Shown in pieces: positions 11,072 through 19,816 of a stretch of DNA of 64,000 bases (position 1 is the first letter of the stretch; each line of letters begins with the position of its first letter). The stretch is from an uncultured Alphaproteobacteria bacterium (lineage in GTDB: Bacteria; Pseudomonadota; Alphaproteobacteria; Micropepsales; Micropepsaceae), in NCBI GenBank assembly GCA_963741735.1, contig CAVUJB010000004.1, positions 167,684 through 231,683 on the forward strand, given 5' to 3'. The translations under genes and the position numbers were made by a program. The notes under the pieces are model-generated. The model did no database searches, was not told where the DNA came from, and saw only the letters and a list, made by a program, of their open reading frames with translations.

Positions 11072-12127
11072 ATGGTCAGGAACTTCTCCATCCTAATGAA
11101 AGGCGCAATCCTCGTTCTGGCCTGTACGCCCTGCCTGGCCGCGCCGCCCTCACAAGACAGTCTGATGGCTGCCGCACGGCAACAGTTCTCGCCAATTCCA
11201 TCAAAGCCGCCTGTACTGAAAAACAACCCAGCCACTCAGGCGAAGATCACGCTTGGAAAGATGCTTTACTTTGACCCACGTCTTTCAGCCAGCCACGCGA
11301 TAAGTTGCAATTCCTGCCACATCGTCGGCTTCGGCGGAGCCGACGGACAATCGACGTCGCTTGGGCATCGCTGGCAGCATGGTGGTCGGAACGCTCCGAC
11401 CGTATTCAATTCCGTATTCAACATTGCGCAATTCTGGGATGGACGTGCCAAGGATCTGGAAGTGCAGGCCGGCGGTCCGATGATCAATCCGGTCGAGATG
11501 GCCTCACCTCAGCCGCATGTGGCCGAACAGCTTAAGGCCATTCCCGGTTATCGTGCACCTTTTGCATTGGCCTTTCCCGGTGAAAAGGACCCGATCACGC
11601 TAGCGAATGTGCAAAAGGCAATTGCGGTCTTCGAAGCTACGTTGATCACACCAAACGCGCCTTTTGATCGTTTTCTCAAGGGTCAGGTTAACGCCCTCTC
11701 GCCCTCACAGAAGGAAGGCCTGTCGTTGTTTATGAACAAGGGGTGCTCCAGCTGTCACAACGGCATCAACGTTGGCGGTGGCATGTACGCGCCGTTCGGT
11801 GTGGCTGCAAAGCCCGGTGCCAATCTTCTTCCCCCCGGCGACCTGGGACGGTTCACCGTGACCAACACGACGAGTGATAAGTATGTGTACAAGGTGCCGA
11901 CGCTCCGGAACATCGCACTGACCGCTCCGTACTTCCACACGGGCAGTGTTTGGGATCTTCGCCAGGCCGTCGCGGTGATGGGCACAAGCCAACTTGGGGC
12001 TCAGTTGACAAGTGTGGAGGTCGACAGGATTACCGACTTTCTCAATAGCCTAACCGGCGAGCAGCCGCAGATTGTCTATCCGATCCTTCCGCCGAACGTG
12101 GCCACGACGTCGCGCCCTCAGCCGTGA
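11072..12127 (+). CDS. di-haem cytochrome c peroxidase (CCP/MauG family)
   Basis: Two haem-c motifs, CNSCH and CSSCH, at the spacing typical of bacterial CCP, plus an N-terminal signal. ATG 11072 (or 11096) preferred over the TTG 11051 used by the ORF track. Confidence 0.88.
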   Translation: MVRNFSILMKGAILVLACTPCLAAPPSQDSLMAAARQQFSPIPSKPPVLKNNPATQAKITLGKMLYFDPRLSASHAISCNSCHIVGFGGADGQSTSLGHRWQHGGRNAPTVFNSVFNIAQFWDGRAKDLEVQAGGPMINPVEMASPQPHVAEQLKAIPGYRAPFALAFPGEKDPITLANVQKAIAVFEATLITPNAPFDRFLKGQVNALSPSQKEGLSLFMNKGCSSCHNGINVGGGMYAPFGVAAKPGANLLPPGDLGRFTVTNTTSDKYVYKVPTLRNIALTAPYFHTGSVWDLRQAVAVMGTSQLGAQLTSVEVDRITDFLNSLTGEQPQIVYPILPPNVATTSRPQP

Positions 12128-12410
12128 ATGCGCCGCAACGTCCCTCAAGGTACTCTCGTTCCTAGTACATAGGGGACTTGTGATCGGTCAGGCTGCGACG
12201 GAATCGCTACCCGAGGAGTGCAATGTTCGAGTACGAGCTGCCGCGCCCAGCGCGACGTGATAGCGATCTAACTCAACAACCCATCGAATAAGGTAGATGA
12301 GTGACCAGCCTACATTCAGTGGTCCGTATACAAAGTTTGTTCAGAGACGGCGCTTGTGAGGTAGCCCCCACCTCTTATGACGCTGGTACAAAGGAGCCGT
12401 CAGGCCAGCC

Positions 12411-12993
12411 CTAGTAGCGGTCCTGCTTGGGTGGATATGCCGGCGGGACATACGTCTCTGGCACCACGGGCGGCGCCGGCGGCGGCGGCATTCGAACGCC
12501 TCCAGCGACCACGTTGACGTTCGGGATTTCCGGGCTTGGTACATATATCGGCGGAATCTCTGAAGTCTGAGGTGGCGTCGGTGTGGGTGTCGGCGTTGGC
12601 GTCGGTGTCGGCGTCGGCAGGAGTCGGCGTGGGCGTCGGTGTGGGTGTCGGCGTCGGTGTAGGGGTCGGCGTTGGTGTTGGTGTTGGTGTGGGCGTCGGG
12701 GTTGGCGTCGGCGTCGGCGTTGGTGTTGGCGTCGGGGTCGGCGTTGGTGTGGGCGTCGGGGTTGGCGACGGCGTCGGTGTTGGTGTCGGTGTGGGTGTTG
12801 GCGTTGGCGTCGGGGTTGGTGTTGGTGTTGGTGTTGGTGTCGGTGTCGGTGTCGGTGTTGGTGTCGGTGTTGGTGTCGGTGTCGGTGTTGGCGTCGGTGT
12901 GGGTGTCGGCGTCGGTGTCGGCGCAGGAGTCGGCGTGGGCGTCGGTGTTGGTGTTGGTCCAGCGCCGGTTGGCCTTCGGCCCATCGCCGGCAT
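12411..12993 (-). pseudogene. (Thr-Pro)n repeat protein gene, apparently frameshifted inside the repeat
   Basis: The TP frame starts at ATG 12993 ([17 protein letters not shown]...). The plus-strand block GTCGGCGTCGGC--AGGAGTCGGCGTGGGCGTCGGTGT (12606-12643) lacks 2 nt relative to its near-identical copy GTCGGTGTCGGCGCAGGAGTCGGCGTGGGCGTCGGTGT (12911-12948). This throws the TP frame out of register. The Pro-rich tail (..[37 protein letters not shown], stop at 12411) is in the other frame. No signal peptide seen. Confidence 0.45.
12575..12958. repeat. imperfect hexanucleotide (ACN-CCN)n tract encoding (Thr-Pro)n on the minus strand
   Basis: About 380 bp of GGYGTY-type repeats on the plus strand. 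All six frames are open through it, which produces the six overlapping ORFs in the track (TP, HR/RR, TD/TN, GV, WC/RR, LV frames). Confidence 0.9.
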
Positions 12994-13159
12994 GAGTTCT
13001 TCCGACGATTACGCGAATTCGATGCTTCAAAAATTCGTCGATCTGACCATGGTAGGACGTCGGGCATCTGCCTCAGTGGTACCGCGCAGAGGAATACTCA
13101 GTTCCTAGAGGCTGACGACTTAGGCTTGTTCTCCCCGAGAAATTGTAGCGCGGCTTCGA

Positions 13160-13492
13160 CTATCGCCTACTGCGCTCAAGCCAAATTCGGGTGAGATATT
13201 CGAGATCTTTCGAAGGCAGCTTCGCCAGGTCGAAGACCGAAACGAACTTGAGCCCGACTGAACCCGGCTTTCGCCACGCGACAATCGCGGCGTAGGCCCG
13301 TTTGTCGGTCATGGAAATCAGATGCAGCGTGTCAGGAAGTGCGGCAGAGGCGGCCACCTGCACACCTGCGCCCGTCGTCGAGATATCGGATATCGTGCAC
13401 TTGAGTTGTCGCTGGCCACTTTCGAAAACGACAACACCATCACGTGCCACGCCCTTGCGCAGGGCGCGGCGATTTTCACTGGATGGAGCCAT
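13160..13492 (-). CDS. PilZ domain protein (single-domain c-di-GMP receptor)
   Basis: RxxxR (RRALR) and DxSxxG (DISTTGAG) motifs at canonical spacing in a 110-aa protein. Confidence 0.8.
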   Translation of the reverse strand: MAPSSENRRALRKGVARDGVVVFESGQRQLKCTISDISTTGAGVQVAASAALPDTLHLISMTDKRAYAAIVAWRKPGSVGLKFVSVFDLAKLPSKDLEYLTRIWLERSRR

Positions 13493-13776
13493 AACCTGAT
13501 TTTGCCTTACGCTACGTCAAAATCAATCTGGGATACGCCACTTTATAGCAGCACTGCTGCCAGCCTTGGTAACTTTCTTGCAACCTTCCAAATAGGCCGG
13601 ATTCCCGCGCACTCTTGGTGTCAGGGAAGCCGTGCAGACTCGCCATAACCGATTTCGCCAGGCGCCCACCTAAAGGTGAATGGCTGTTTTGGGTCGCAAG
13701 CAGTCATTCAGATAGCCGGTCCCGGCCACTCGGCGCGAACGACCGCAATGGGTGGAAAGCGGACAACCAAAATTGG

Positions 13777-14295
13777 TCATGCGATCTTGGCGAGGTTCGC
13801 CTGAAGCCTGGTCGACGGAGAAGTGCCTTGGGCAATCGGCGTAGTGCGAATTATGTCGTCGATCTGCGCTCGAAAGCCCGGTGAGGACTGGCTCCGAACC
13901 ATGGGCCATAGGGCACGGGGCACCTTCCCGCTAAAGAGCTCCACCATTAAATCGTGAGCCGCATTGGCTGTGCCGACGTCCACAAGGGACAGCTCGCGCT
14001 CGATGTGTACCGCCTCCATAGTATTGAGAACCACCGAAAGCATGTTCATCAATTGAATAACTTCAGTGTCGGTGAAGGCTGTGTCACCAGCAATCATGCG
14101 GCGCTGCAGGTCGGCGTATTGCGGTTCGATTAACTTCAAAAACCAGTCATTGATGAGATTGCTCGTCTCGCAGACCAACAAAGCCTTCTGGCTCTTGTCA
14201 GCCTGTCTGATCTGCAATCCGAGGAAGAGGAAGGAGAAAACGACGGCAATTCCACCTATAAAGCTGCCGAGCGATGCAAGATCGGAGAGTGACAT
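13777..14295 (-). CDS. hypothetical membrane-anchored protein
   Basis: 172-aa ORF with one N-terminal TM helix (LGSFIGGIAVVFSFLFLGLQI). No domain recognised. Confidence 0.5.
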   Translation of the reverse strand: MSLSDLASLGSFIGGIAVVFSFLFLGLQIRQADKSQKALLVCETSNLINDWFLKLIEPQYADLQRRMIAGDTAFTDTEVIQLMNMLSVVLNTMEAVHIERELSLVDVGTANAAHDLMVELFSGKVPRALWPMVRSQSSPGFRAQIDDIIRTTPIAQGTSPSTRLQANLAKIA

Positions 14296-15005
14296 GAGTG
14301 CCCCTGAATGAGTTCACGGCGAACGATAACCAATTTCGCCCAGCAGCCCAGTCAAGAGTGGGAGTCCGTTTCGGGTCGAAAGCAGTCAGTCGAATCTCAA
14401 GACATCCTGCATCCGCACTCGCACGACGTGTCCAAGTTTTGTCTAATGGAGTGGAATATCATGGGCTTCCACCCGCAACGTGGCTTTGATCAGACAAGCT
14501 ATCGAAGCACGCGATCCCGATCTGCAGCTTGAAAATCGGCTGCCGGCACGTACTGCGGCTTGCTTGTACGTCGCCGATCGGTCCCTGTTCGCCCGACCGG
14601 GATCGCTGTTAAGCGAACGAAAATCCCTGATGCCGCGAAGAAATTCCTGATCCGGAGCAAGCCAATAGGCGAGGGCGGAGCAGGAAAGCACAGGTACTAA
14701 GCGATTTTCGAGCTGCTATCGGTGAGTGAGCGCCAATCTGGGCATCCGCTTTTCCCTGGTGATCCCTGTATTGGGCAACTCGCTGGCTGAAGACGCTGCC
14801 CAATTCTTCATGGCCCGTGGAAGCGGAGCGTCGTCCGACGGTTTCTCTGACGCCCCGTCAGAAAGAGAATATCCCTCAAACCTCATCCTGGGGCCGAGCG
14901 ACGTACGGGGGCATGGAGAATGACTGGGGATTAGAACCCGGGGTTATGCGGGCCGGAACCCAACCGCCCCCGTCATTTTCGTCGGCGCCACAACTACAAT
15001 TTTGA

Positions 15006-16502
15006 TCAGTTTTTGGTCGGATGCCGACGATCGCGATTATCGAGCACGCGCGAAAGGTTTGCGACCGTTGTGCTCAAAGAAGTCTGGTCCCAGCCGGCAT
15101 AACCCAGGAGGAATCCGCTTCGGCGCGGCGCGCGGAGATAATGCGCGGACAGAGCGTGCACATTGATGGCATTCTCAGCGGCACGTCTTGCCAATGCGGA
15201 ATCGCTTCGACCGCAATCGTTTAGCGCGACGGTAAGATGCATTCCCACTTCTTGCGGCAGGATAGCAAGGTGGTCGATCATTTTTTCCTGGAGCGCCACT
15301 ATCAATGAGGCGCGCCGGGTCCCGAGTTGGCGCCGAAGCGTACGCAGGTGCTTTGCAAACATACCGCATTCGATGAACTCGGCTAGCGCTGGTTGCGCGG
15401 TAGTGGCCACCGGAACACCCGTGAGAGCCCGCGCCGCCGCAAGGCGCGCAATTAAGTGATGCGAGCCGACGATGTAGCCAAGCCTCAGTCCGGAAAATGT
15501 GAGCTTTGAGAAACTTCCTAGGGACAGAGCGTCGACATCAGGATCCAAGCTGACTATCGACGCGATGGGGCGACCGGTAAAACGCACCTCGGTGTCGTAG
15601 TCATCCTCAACAATGATTGCGCCCTTTTCCCGCGCCCACTTCGCCAACATAATTCGCCTCGGTAGCGACAGAGGCATGCCGAGCGGAAATTGCCTGGAAG
15701 GTGTCACCAGTGCCATGCGAGCATTTGGAGCGATTCGCCACCCGGCCTCGACATCCATTCCGAATTCGTCAACCGAAACGGGCACGAGGCGAACGCCTCT
15801 CTGTGAGAGCACCTGGCGGGCGCCGATATGACCCGGATTTTCCACCCACGCGCCCGCCTTCCTGTCGGCCGCGGCAGGAAGTAATGCATCGGCGATGAGT
15901 TGCAAGGCGTCTGTGTTGCCAGACGTAATCAGGACTTGATCTGGTGCGCACTCGATACCGCGCAGCGAAAAGACATACCGCGCGATCGCGGCGCGCAAGC
16001 TTGATAAGCCTGACCAATTCGCTGACGATACCGCTGCTCGTCCGTCCCTGCGCCAACTGCGACCCAGCAAGGTGGTCCAGGAAGCCTGGGGGAAGAGATG
16101 TTCAAATTGGGACCATGGATCGAATGGCCTTCCATCGAGAGCTGTCGTGACATTGCCGCTCGAATTGTCGGTGCGGCGGCGAACGGTCCGCCTGGCGGAG
16201 GTTTCGGTGCCGAGCATCAGTCGGACGTATTGGCCGGAGCCTCTCCGCGATTCGATGTATCCTTCGCTGGACAGCTGACCATAAGCGGTTAGCGTTATGG
16301 TCCGTGAGACGTTCAGTTCGTCCGCCAGTGCGCGCGTCGAAGGTAGGCGAGCGCCGGAAGTCAGCCGACCGCTTCGAATGTGCTCGCTGATCTCCAAGTA
16401 GAGCTGCCGGACGAGCGGCAGTCGAGAATTGCGATCGAGCGTGAGAGTCAACAACGCCGCGTCGTTGGACCTCGGGGACATTCGGGCTCTCAAAGTGGCC
16501 AT
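15006..16502 (-). CDS. MocR-family (GntR wHTH + aminotransferase-fold) PLP-dependent transcriptional regulator
   Basis: Start set to ATG 16502 (MATLRARMSPRS...); the 677-aa ORF in the track is an unsupported upstream extension. wHTH LPSTRALADELNVSRTITLTAYGQLSSEGYI. Fold-type-I aminotransferase domain with PLP-lysine motif SFSK. Confidence 0.88.
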   Translation of the reverse strand: MATLRARMSPRSNDAALLTLTLDRNSRLPLVRQLYLEISEHIRSGRLTSGARLPSTRALADELNVSRTITLTAYGQLSSEGYIESRRGSGQYVRLMLGTETSARRTVRRRTDNSSGNVTTALDGRPFDPWSQFEHLFPQASWTTLLGRSWRRDGRAAVSSANWSGLSSLRAAIARYVFSLRGIECAPDQVLITSGNTDALQLIADALLPAAADRKAGAWVENPGHIGARQVLSQRGVRLVPVSVDEFGMDVEAGWRIAPNARMALVTPSRQFPLGMPLSLPRRIMLAKWAREKGAIIVEDDYDTEVRFTGRPIASIVSLDPDVDALSLGSFSKLTFSGLRLGYIVGSHHLIARLAAARALTGVPVATTAQPALAEFIECGMFAKHLRTLRRQLGTRRASLIVALQEKMIDHLAILPQEVGMHLTVALNDCGRSDSALARRAAENAINVHALSAHYLRAPRRSGFLLGYAGWDQTSLSTTVANLSRVLDNRDRRHPTKN

Positions 16503-16516
16503 CAAATTTCTTTCAG

Positions 16517-16541
16517 AAGTGGGTATATGATCATACCACTT
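16517..16541. promoter_or_regulatory. inverted repeat, candidate MocR operator
   Basis: AAGTGG-g-TATGATCATA-CCACTT: a 10-bp perfect palindrome flanked by complementary hexamers. It lies in the 69-bp divergent intergenic region between the MocR and PNPOx-like genes. Confidence 0.45.
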
Positions 16542-16571
16542 TTCCGGCGAAACTGAGCAGCAAGTTCGAGG

Positions 16572-17315
16572 ATGACGGTGATCGCGCGCGTCAGCCATAT
16601 TCCATCGCAACGCGTACGCGTGCAGCGCCAGCGAGCGCGCGGCTCCTACGACCGGACCGTCATCGACTCGATCCTGGACGAAGGACTGCTTTGCCATCTC
16701 GGTTTCGTCTTCGAGGGCTACCCTGTCGTGTTGCCGACGCTCTATTGGAGGGATCGCGATCGGCTTTATTGGCACGGCTCGACGACAAGCCGAATGATGC
16801 GCGCGGTTGATGGCCGGCAGGTTTGTATTTCTGTTACTCATTTCGATGGCCTCGTCCTGGCACGCTCGGCCTTCAATCATTCCGCCAACTACCGCTCCGT
16901 GACCGTTTTTGGTTTCGCGAAGGCGGTCGAGAGTGTCGACGAGAAGATCGCGCAGCTCGAGAACATGTCGGAGTCCATCTTTCCAGGCCGATGGAAATCT
17001 TTGCGGCCCCTCAAGAACGCAGAACTCAACTCGACACAACTGCTGTGGATCGGCATCGATGAGGCTTCAGCCAAGATCCGCCAAGGACCGCCGAACGACA
17101 TCAAAGATTTCGGTTGGCCGGTTTGGGCGGGGGTCATTCCGCTTTCGTTGATGACGGCGCAACCCGTGTGCGACGGCAAAGGTAAAAGCGCCAGCTTTGC
17201 CGCACCATCTGCTCTGCGGCCACATCTATCTTCACTTGCGGGAACGGACCTGTTCAGACCGCGAGATGAGGCGAAGTTACACGTGCAAAAAAGAAACTCG
17301 ACCGACGACTTTTGA
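16572..17315 (+). CDS. pyridoxamine 5'-phosphate oxidase-like FMN-binding protein
   Basis: RVQRQRARGSYDRTVIDSILDEGLLCHLGF...LYWHGS...SANYRSVTVFG matches the Pyridox_ox_2 split-barrel family. This family is the classic divergent partner of MocR regulators. The start may be GTG 16578. Confidence 0.8.
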   Translation: MTVIARVSHIPSQRVRVQRQRARGSYDRTVIDSILDEGLLCHLGFVFEGYPVVLPTLYWRDRDRLYWHGSTTSRMMRAVDGRQVCISVTHFDGLVLARSAFNHSANYRSVTVFGFAKAVESVDEKIAQLENMSESIFPGRWKSLRPLKNAELNSTQLLWIGIDEASAKIRQGPPNDIKDFGWPVWAGVIPLSLMTAQPVCDGKGKSASFAAPSALRPHLSSLAGTDLFRPRDEAKLHVQKRNSTDDF

Positions 17316-17325
17316 GGTGACAACC

Positions 17326-18138
17326 ATGTCGATACGTCCGCTTGTTGTTCTGGGCTCGCTAATTGCGCTGTGCAGTTCGGCAATCGCCCAGACCGTTCCC
17401 ATCATTGGCGATCATCAGCCAGATGCCGCCCTTACGATTAAGCTTGGGGACGGAGCGATTAGCGGCAAGCGTATTGAACCGAGCCAGATGGCTTGGAGCG
17501 GCACCTTCTATCCAGACAACGGGCCATCCTACACGGCGGGAATATGGACAACAGAGATACGCCTGATGGAACTAGATGGCCGCAAGGTGCTCGTGCGCAC
17601 GGCCGGCGCGGTCGTCTTCAGCCACGCCACAGCCAAGATTCTTGGCTACAACGGTGTCACTACCGTGGTCGATGCAGAGACGCTCGCACCAATCTGGAGC
17701 GAGAATCGCAATTTCGATGGAACCAGCGAGAAATGGATCGTCGATGGCGTACACGTCGAGCAACATGAAACCGGCGCCGGGCCTGGGGCCAAGGATGTGG
17801 TGCAAAAATTCGACACGCCCGTGCCCGCCTACAATTTTGAAGGGCCGCTGTTCCCCTTCTATTTGAAGGCCTTGCCGCTGAAGGTCGGGTATTCAGGCGT
17901 AATTCCGGCTATCGGCGATGTCGGCCATCCGCTACGCGGTGTGAAGTTCAGAGTTGTGCGGCGCGAAAAAATCCAGTCCGGAGCCAGGGGGGTGCTGGAC
18001 ACCTGGGTCGTCGAATGTCCGGACCCGACGACAGGATTACTGACTTTCTGGTTCAGCGACAAGTACTCGTTTCCTATCCGCATGGAACTTCCCGCCATGC
18101 CCGGTACTCCTAAAGTCGTCTTCAACATGATCGGGTAA
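17326..18138 (+). CDS. secreted protein of unknown function, paralog 1 of 3
   Basis: Start ATG 17326 (GAGGTG 6 nt upstream; signal MSIRPLVVLGSLIALCSSAIA). Shares LGDGAISG, ETLAPI, DTWVVE and FWFSDKYSFPIRM blocks with 18142..18978 and 19817..20584. Confidence 0.75.
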   Translation: MSIRPLVVLGSLIALCSSAIAQTVPIIGDHQPDAALTIKLGDGAISGKRIEPSQMAWSGTFYPDNGPSYTAGIWTTEIRLMELDGRKVLVRTAGAVVFSHATAKILGYNGVTTVVDAETLAPIWSENRNFDGTSEKWIVDGVHVEQHETGAGPGAKDVVQKFDTPVPAYNFEGPLFPFYLKALPLKVGYSGVIPAIGDVGHPLRGVKFRVVRREKIQSGARGVLDTWVVECPDPTTGLLTFWFSDKYSFPIRMELPAMPGTPKVVFNMIG

Positions 18139-18141
18139 ATC

Positions 18142-18978
18142 ATGGCGCGTTTTCGGGCACGTTGGAGCCGACTCGCCATTGTCGTCTTGAAATACGCCGG
18201 TCCCGTTTGGTTTGTTGCGCTCGCTGCCTCGATCGCGCAAACGAACGAAGTGGTGCCAAGCGAACATGTCGTGCGAGTAGGGGACGGCACGATCAACGGC
18301 GCTCGCTTGCTGCCCTACGACAATGCCTTCGTCATCACGCGAATATTCAAAGATGGCCATGTTGATCAGCCCGGCATTTGGACCGATCACCTACGCTTGA
18401 GGGAAGTCGACGGTCGCAAAGCATTCGTCCGCTCCCAGAGCCTCACCTATGAGGACGGCACTTCATTGGTGAGCATCAATGTCTTCGATCCAATCACGCT
18501 GGCCCCAATAAGTGATTTTCAACGCACGTCGACTGGACGCGTCGAAAAGTGGACCGTGAACGGTAGACATGTCGAGGGTGACTTGGCGTCCGGCAAACCC
18601 GGTGACGTGCAAGAGGTCAAGATATTCGATACCGAGGTCGCGGCCTACGATCTTAATTGTTGCATGCGCAGTCTGATTCCTGCGGCGCTACCGCTGCGGA
18701 ACGATTATTCTGCGACGCTTCCGGCAATTCCGATGACTTCGGATGATCCCGCGACGGCAATTACCTACAAAGTCGTCGGCCGCGACCGGATCAAAGTCAG
18801 GACCCAGGGCTTCGTCGATGCGTGGATTGTCGAAACCCTACAACACTCCGTACAGTTTGGAGATGTAGACATCCGTTTCTGGCTCTCAGAAAAACCGCCC
18901 TTCGTCCTTCGCATGACGCTTTCGGACGGGACAACGGGAAAGCTGGGCTATTCACGGTCGTTCGATCTGCTCAATTAA
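18142..18978 (+). CDS. secreted protein of unknown function, paralog 2 of 3
   Basis: Starts 3 nt after the paralog 1 stop and has an N-terminal hydrophobic signal. Blocks: RVGDGTINGARLLPYDNAF, GIWTDH, FDPITLAPI, DAWIVE, FWLSEKPPFVLRM. Confidence 0.75.
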   Translation: MARFRARWSRLAIVVLKYAGPVWFVALAASIAQTNEVVPSEHVVRVGDGTINGARLLPYDNAFVITRIFKDGHVDQPGIWTDHLRLREVDGRKAFVRSQSLTYEDGTSLVSINVFDPITLAPISDFQRTSTGRVEKWTVNGRHVEGDLASGKPGDVQEVKIFDTEVAAYDLNCCMRSLIPAALPLRNDYSATLPAIPMTSDDPATAITYKVVGRDRIKVRTQGFVDAWIVETLQHSVQFGDVDIRFWLSEKPPFVLRMTLSDGTTGKLGYSRSFDLLN

Positions 18979-19021
18979 GCGCTGCGGCGAACGCATCTGT
19001 CGTGAGCGCCTTCCGAGCGTG

Positions 19022-19756
19022 CTACTCGGCAAACCGAGCTGCGGCGATTTCTTGTTCTGTTGTAGTCGTAAAAGCGCCTGGGGTGTGTTCGCGGCATAGG
19101 CCTTCGAGCCATGTGCCGCGTTGCGAGTCGGGTTTGCGCAAGCAGTGATCGATTGCAAGCTGGGTGAAGCGCTTCTTGAATTGCAGGCGCGGAAACGCCA
19201 TGACGATCTCGGAAATTTGTTCCCTCGTAATGTCGTCACCCGGACCGTCCACGTCGGCGCCGGCCCCGGCTGAGACAAGCATGGCATCGGGACCCTGCCT
19301 CTGTGTGATCGCCCAGCGTCCGTCGTGGAATACTATTGCGTGCCAGATTTGGTCCGCGTCCGTCACGGTCACCCCCTGTTCCAGCGCAAATGTTTCGGCC
19401 GCGTTGGCGCCGTCGATCTCAAATGAGGCGCGGGGACTCTCGAACGCCGCGAGCAGTCCCAGATCGTGCAACGCCGCCGCCGTGAAGGCGCGATCGGCGT
19501 TGTAGGTCAGGCCGAGCTTTTTCATCGATAGTGCGCCGAAAAGGAATGTACGGATGCAATGATTGAACAGATAGTCGGGACAGGCCTTGCGCGCATAGGC
19601 CACGGCCTTCAGCGCGAGTGAGGAGCAAGGTATGGCGACACCTGCAATTTCGCTCGGCAGTGCGGCACCGGCGTATGCAGGCAAACCGGGCAGGAGCGCC
19701 AGCGCTGCGCCGCTTCGCAGGACGCGCCTCCGTGTCTGGAGCTGTGGGCAGGCCAT
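19022..19756 (-). CDS. HD-domain protein with twin-arginine (Tat) signal
   Basis: Start ATG 19756 (GGAGGTG 6 nt upstream). Tat motif QTRRRVLRSGAALALLPGLPAYAGA. HD signature AAALHDLGLL with an upstream His (NHCIRTF). Resembles the cyanamide-hydratase-like HD subgroup. Confidence 0.75.
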   Translation of the reverse strand: MACPQLQTRRRVLRSGAALALLPGLPAYAGAALPSEIAGVAIPCSSLALKAVAYARKACPDYLFNHCIRTFLFGALSMKKLGLTYNADRAFTAAALHDLGLLAAFESPRASFEIDGANAAETFALEQGVTVTDADQIWHAIVFHDGRWAITQRQGPDAMLVSAGAGADVDGPGDDITREQISEIVMAFPRLQFKKRFTQLAIDHCLRKPDSQRGTWLEGLCREHTPGAFTTTTEQEIAAARFAE

Positions 19757-19816
19757 CGTCGTCACCTCCAAAATGAAGCCGGAATCGGTCAGGCCGGTTC
19801 GCTCGCACGCTTGATG

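Noticed and set aside
12575-12958. Possible CRISPR-like or tandem array
   Set aside because: The period is 6 nt with no spacers, so this is a coding-type microsatellite and not a CRISPR array.
12536-13194. Plus-strand (Gly-Val)n, (Trp-Cys/Arg)n and (Leu-Val)n ORFs across the hexanucleotide repeat
   Set aside because: These are mirror-frame artefacts of a stop-free repeat. They have no start context and no flanking non-repeat domains.
14921-14996. tRNA-like fragment on the minus strand (GGGTTCTAATCCCC resembling a T-arm, followed by ..TCTCCA)
   Set aside because: No 5-bp T-stem can be drawn, the acceptor arms do not pair, and no D or anticodon arms can be folded. This is probably a chance resemblance, so no tRNA is called.
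15006-17039. 677-aa version of the MocR ORF, and other 5'-extended ORFs in the track (36550, 38490, 54073, 55104, 56411, 17197, 53667)
   Set aside because: The upstream portions overlap neighbouring genes or intergenic DNA and carry no domain. Internal starts with RBS or stop-start coupling give family-typical lengths.
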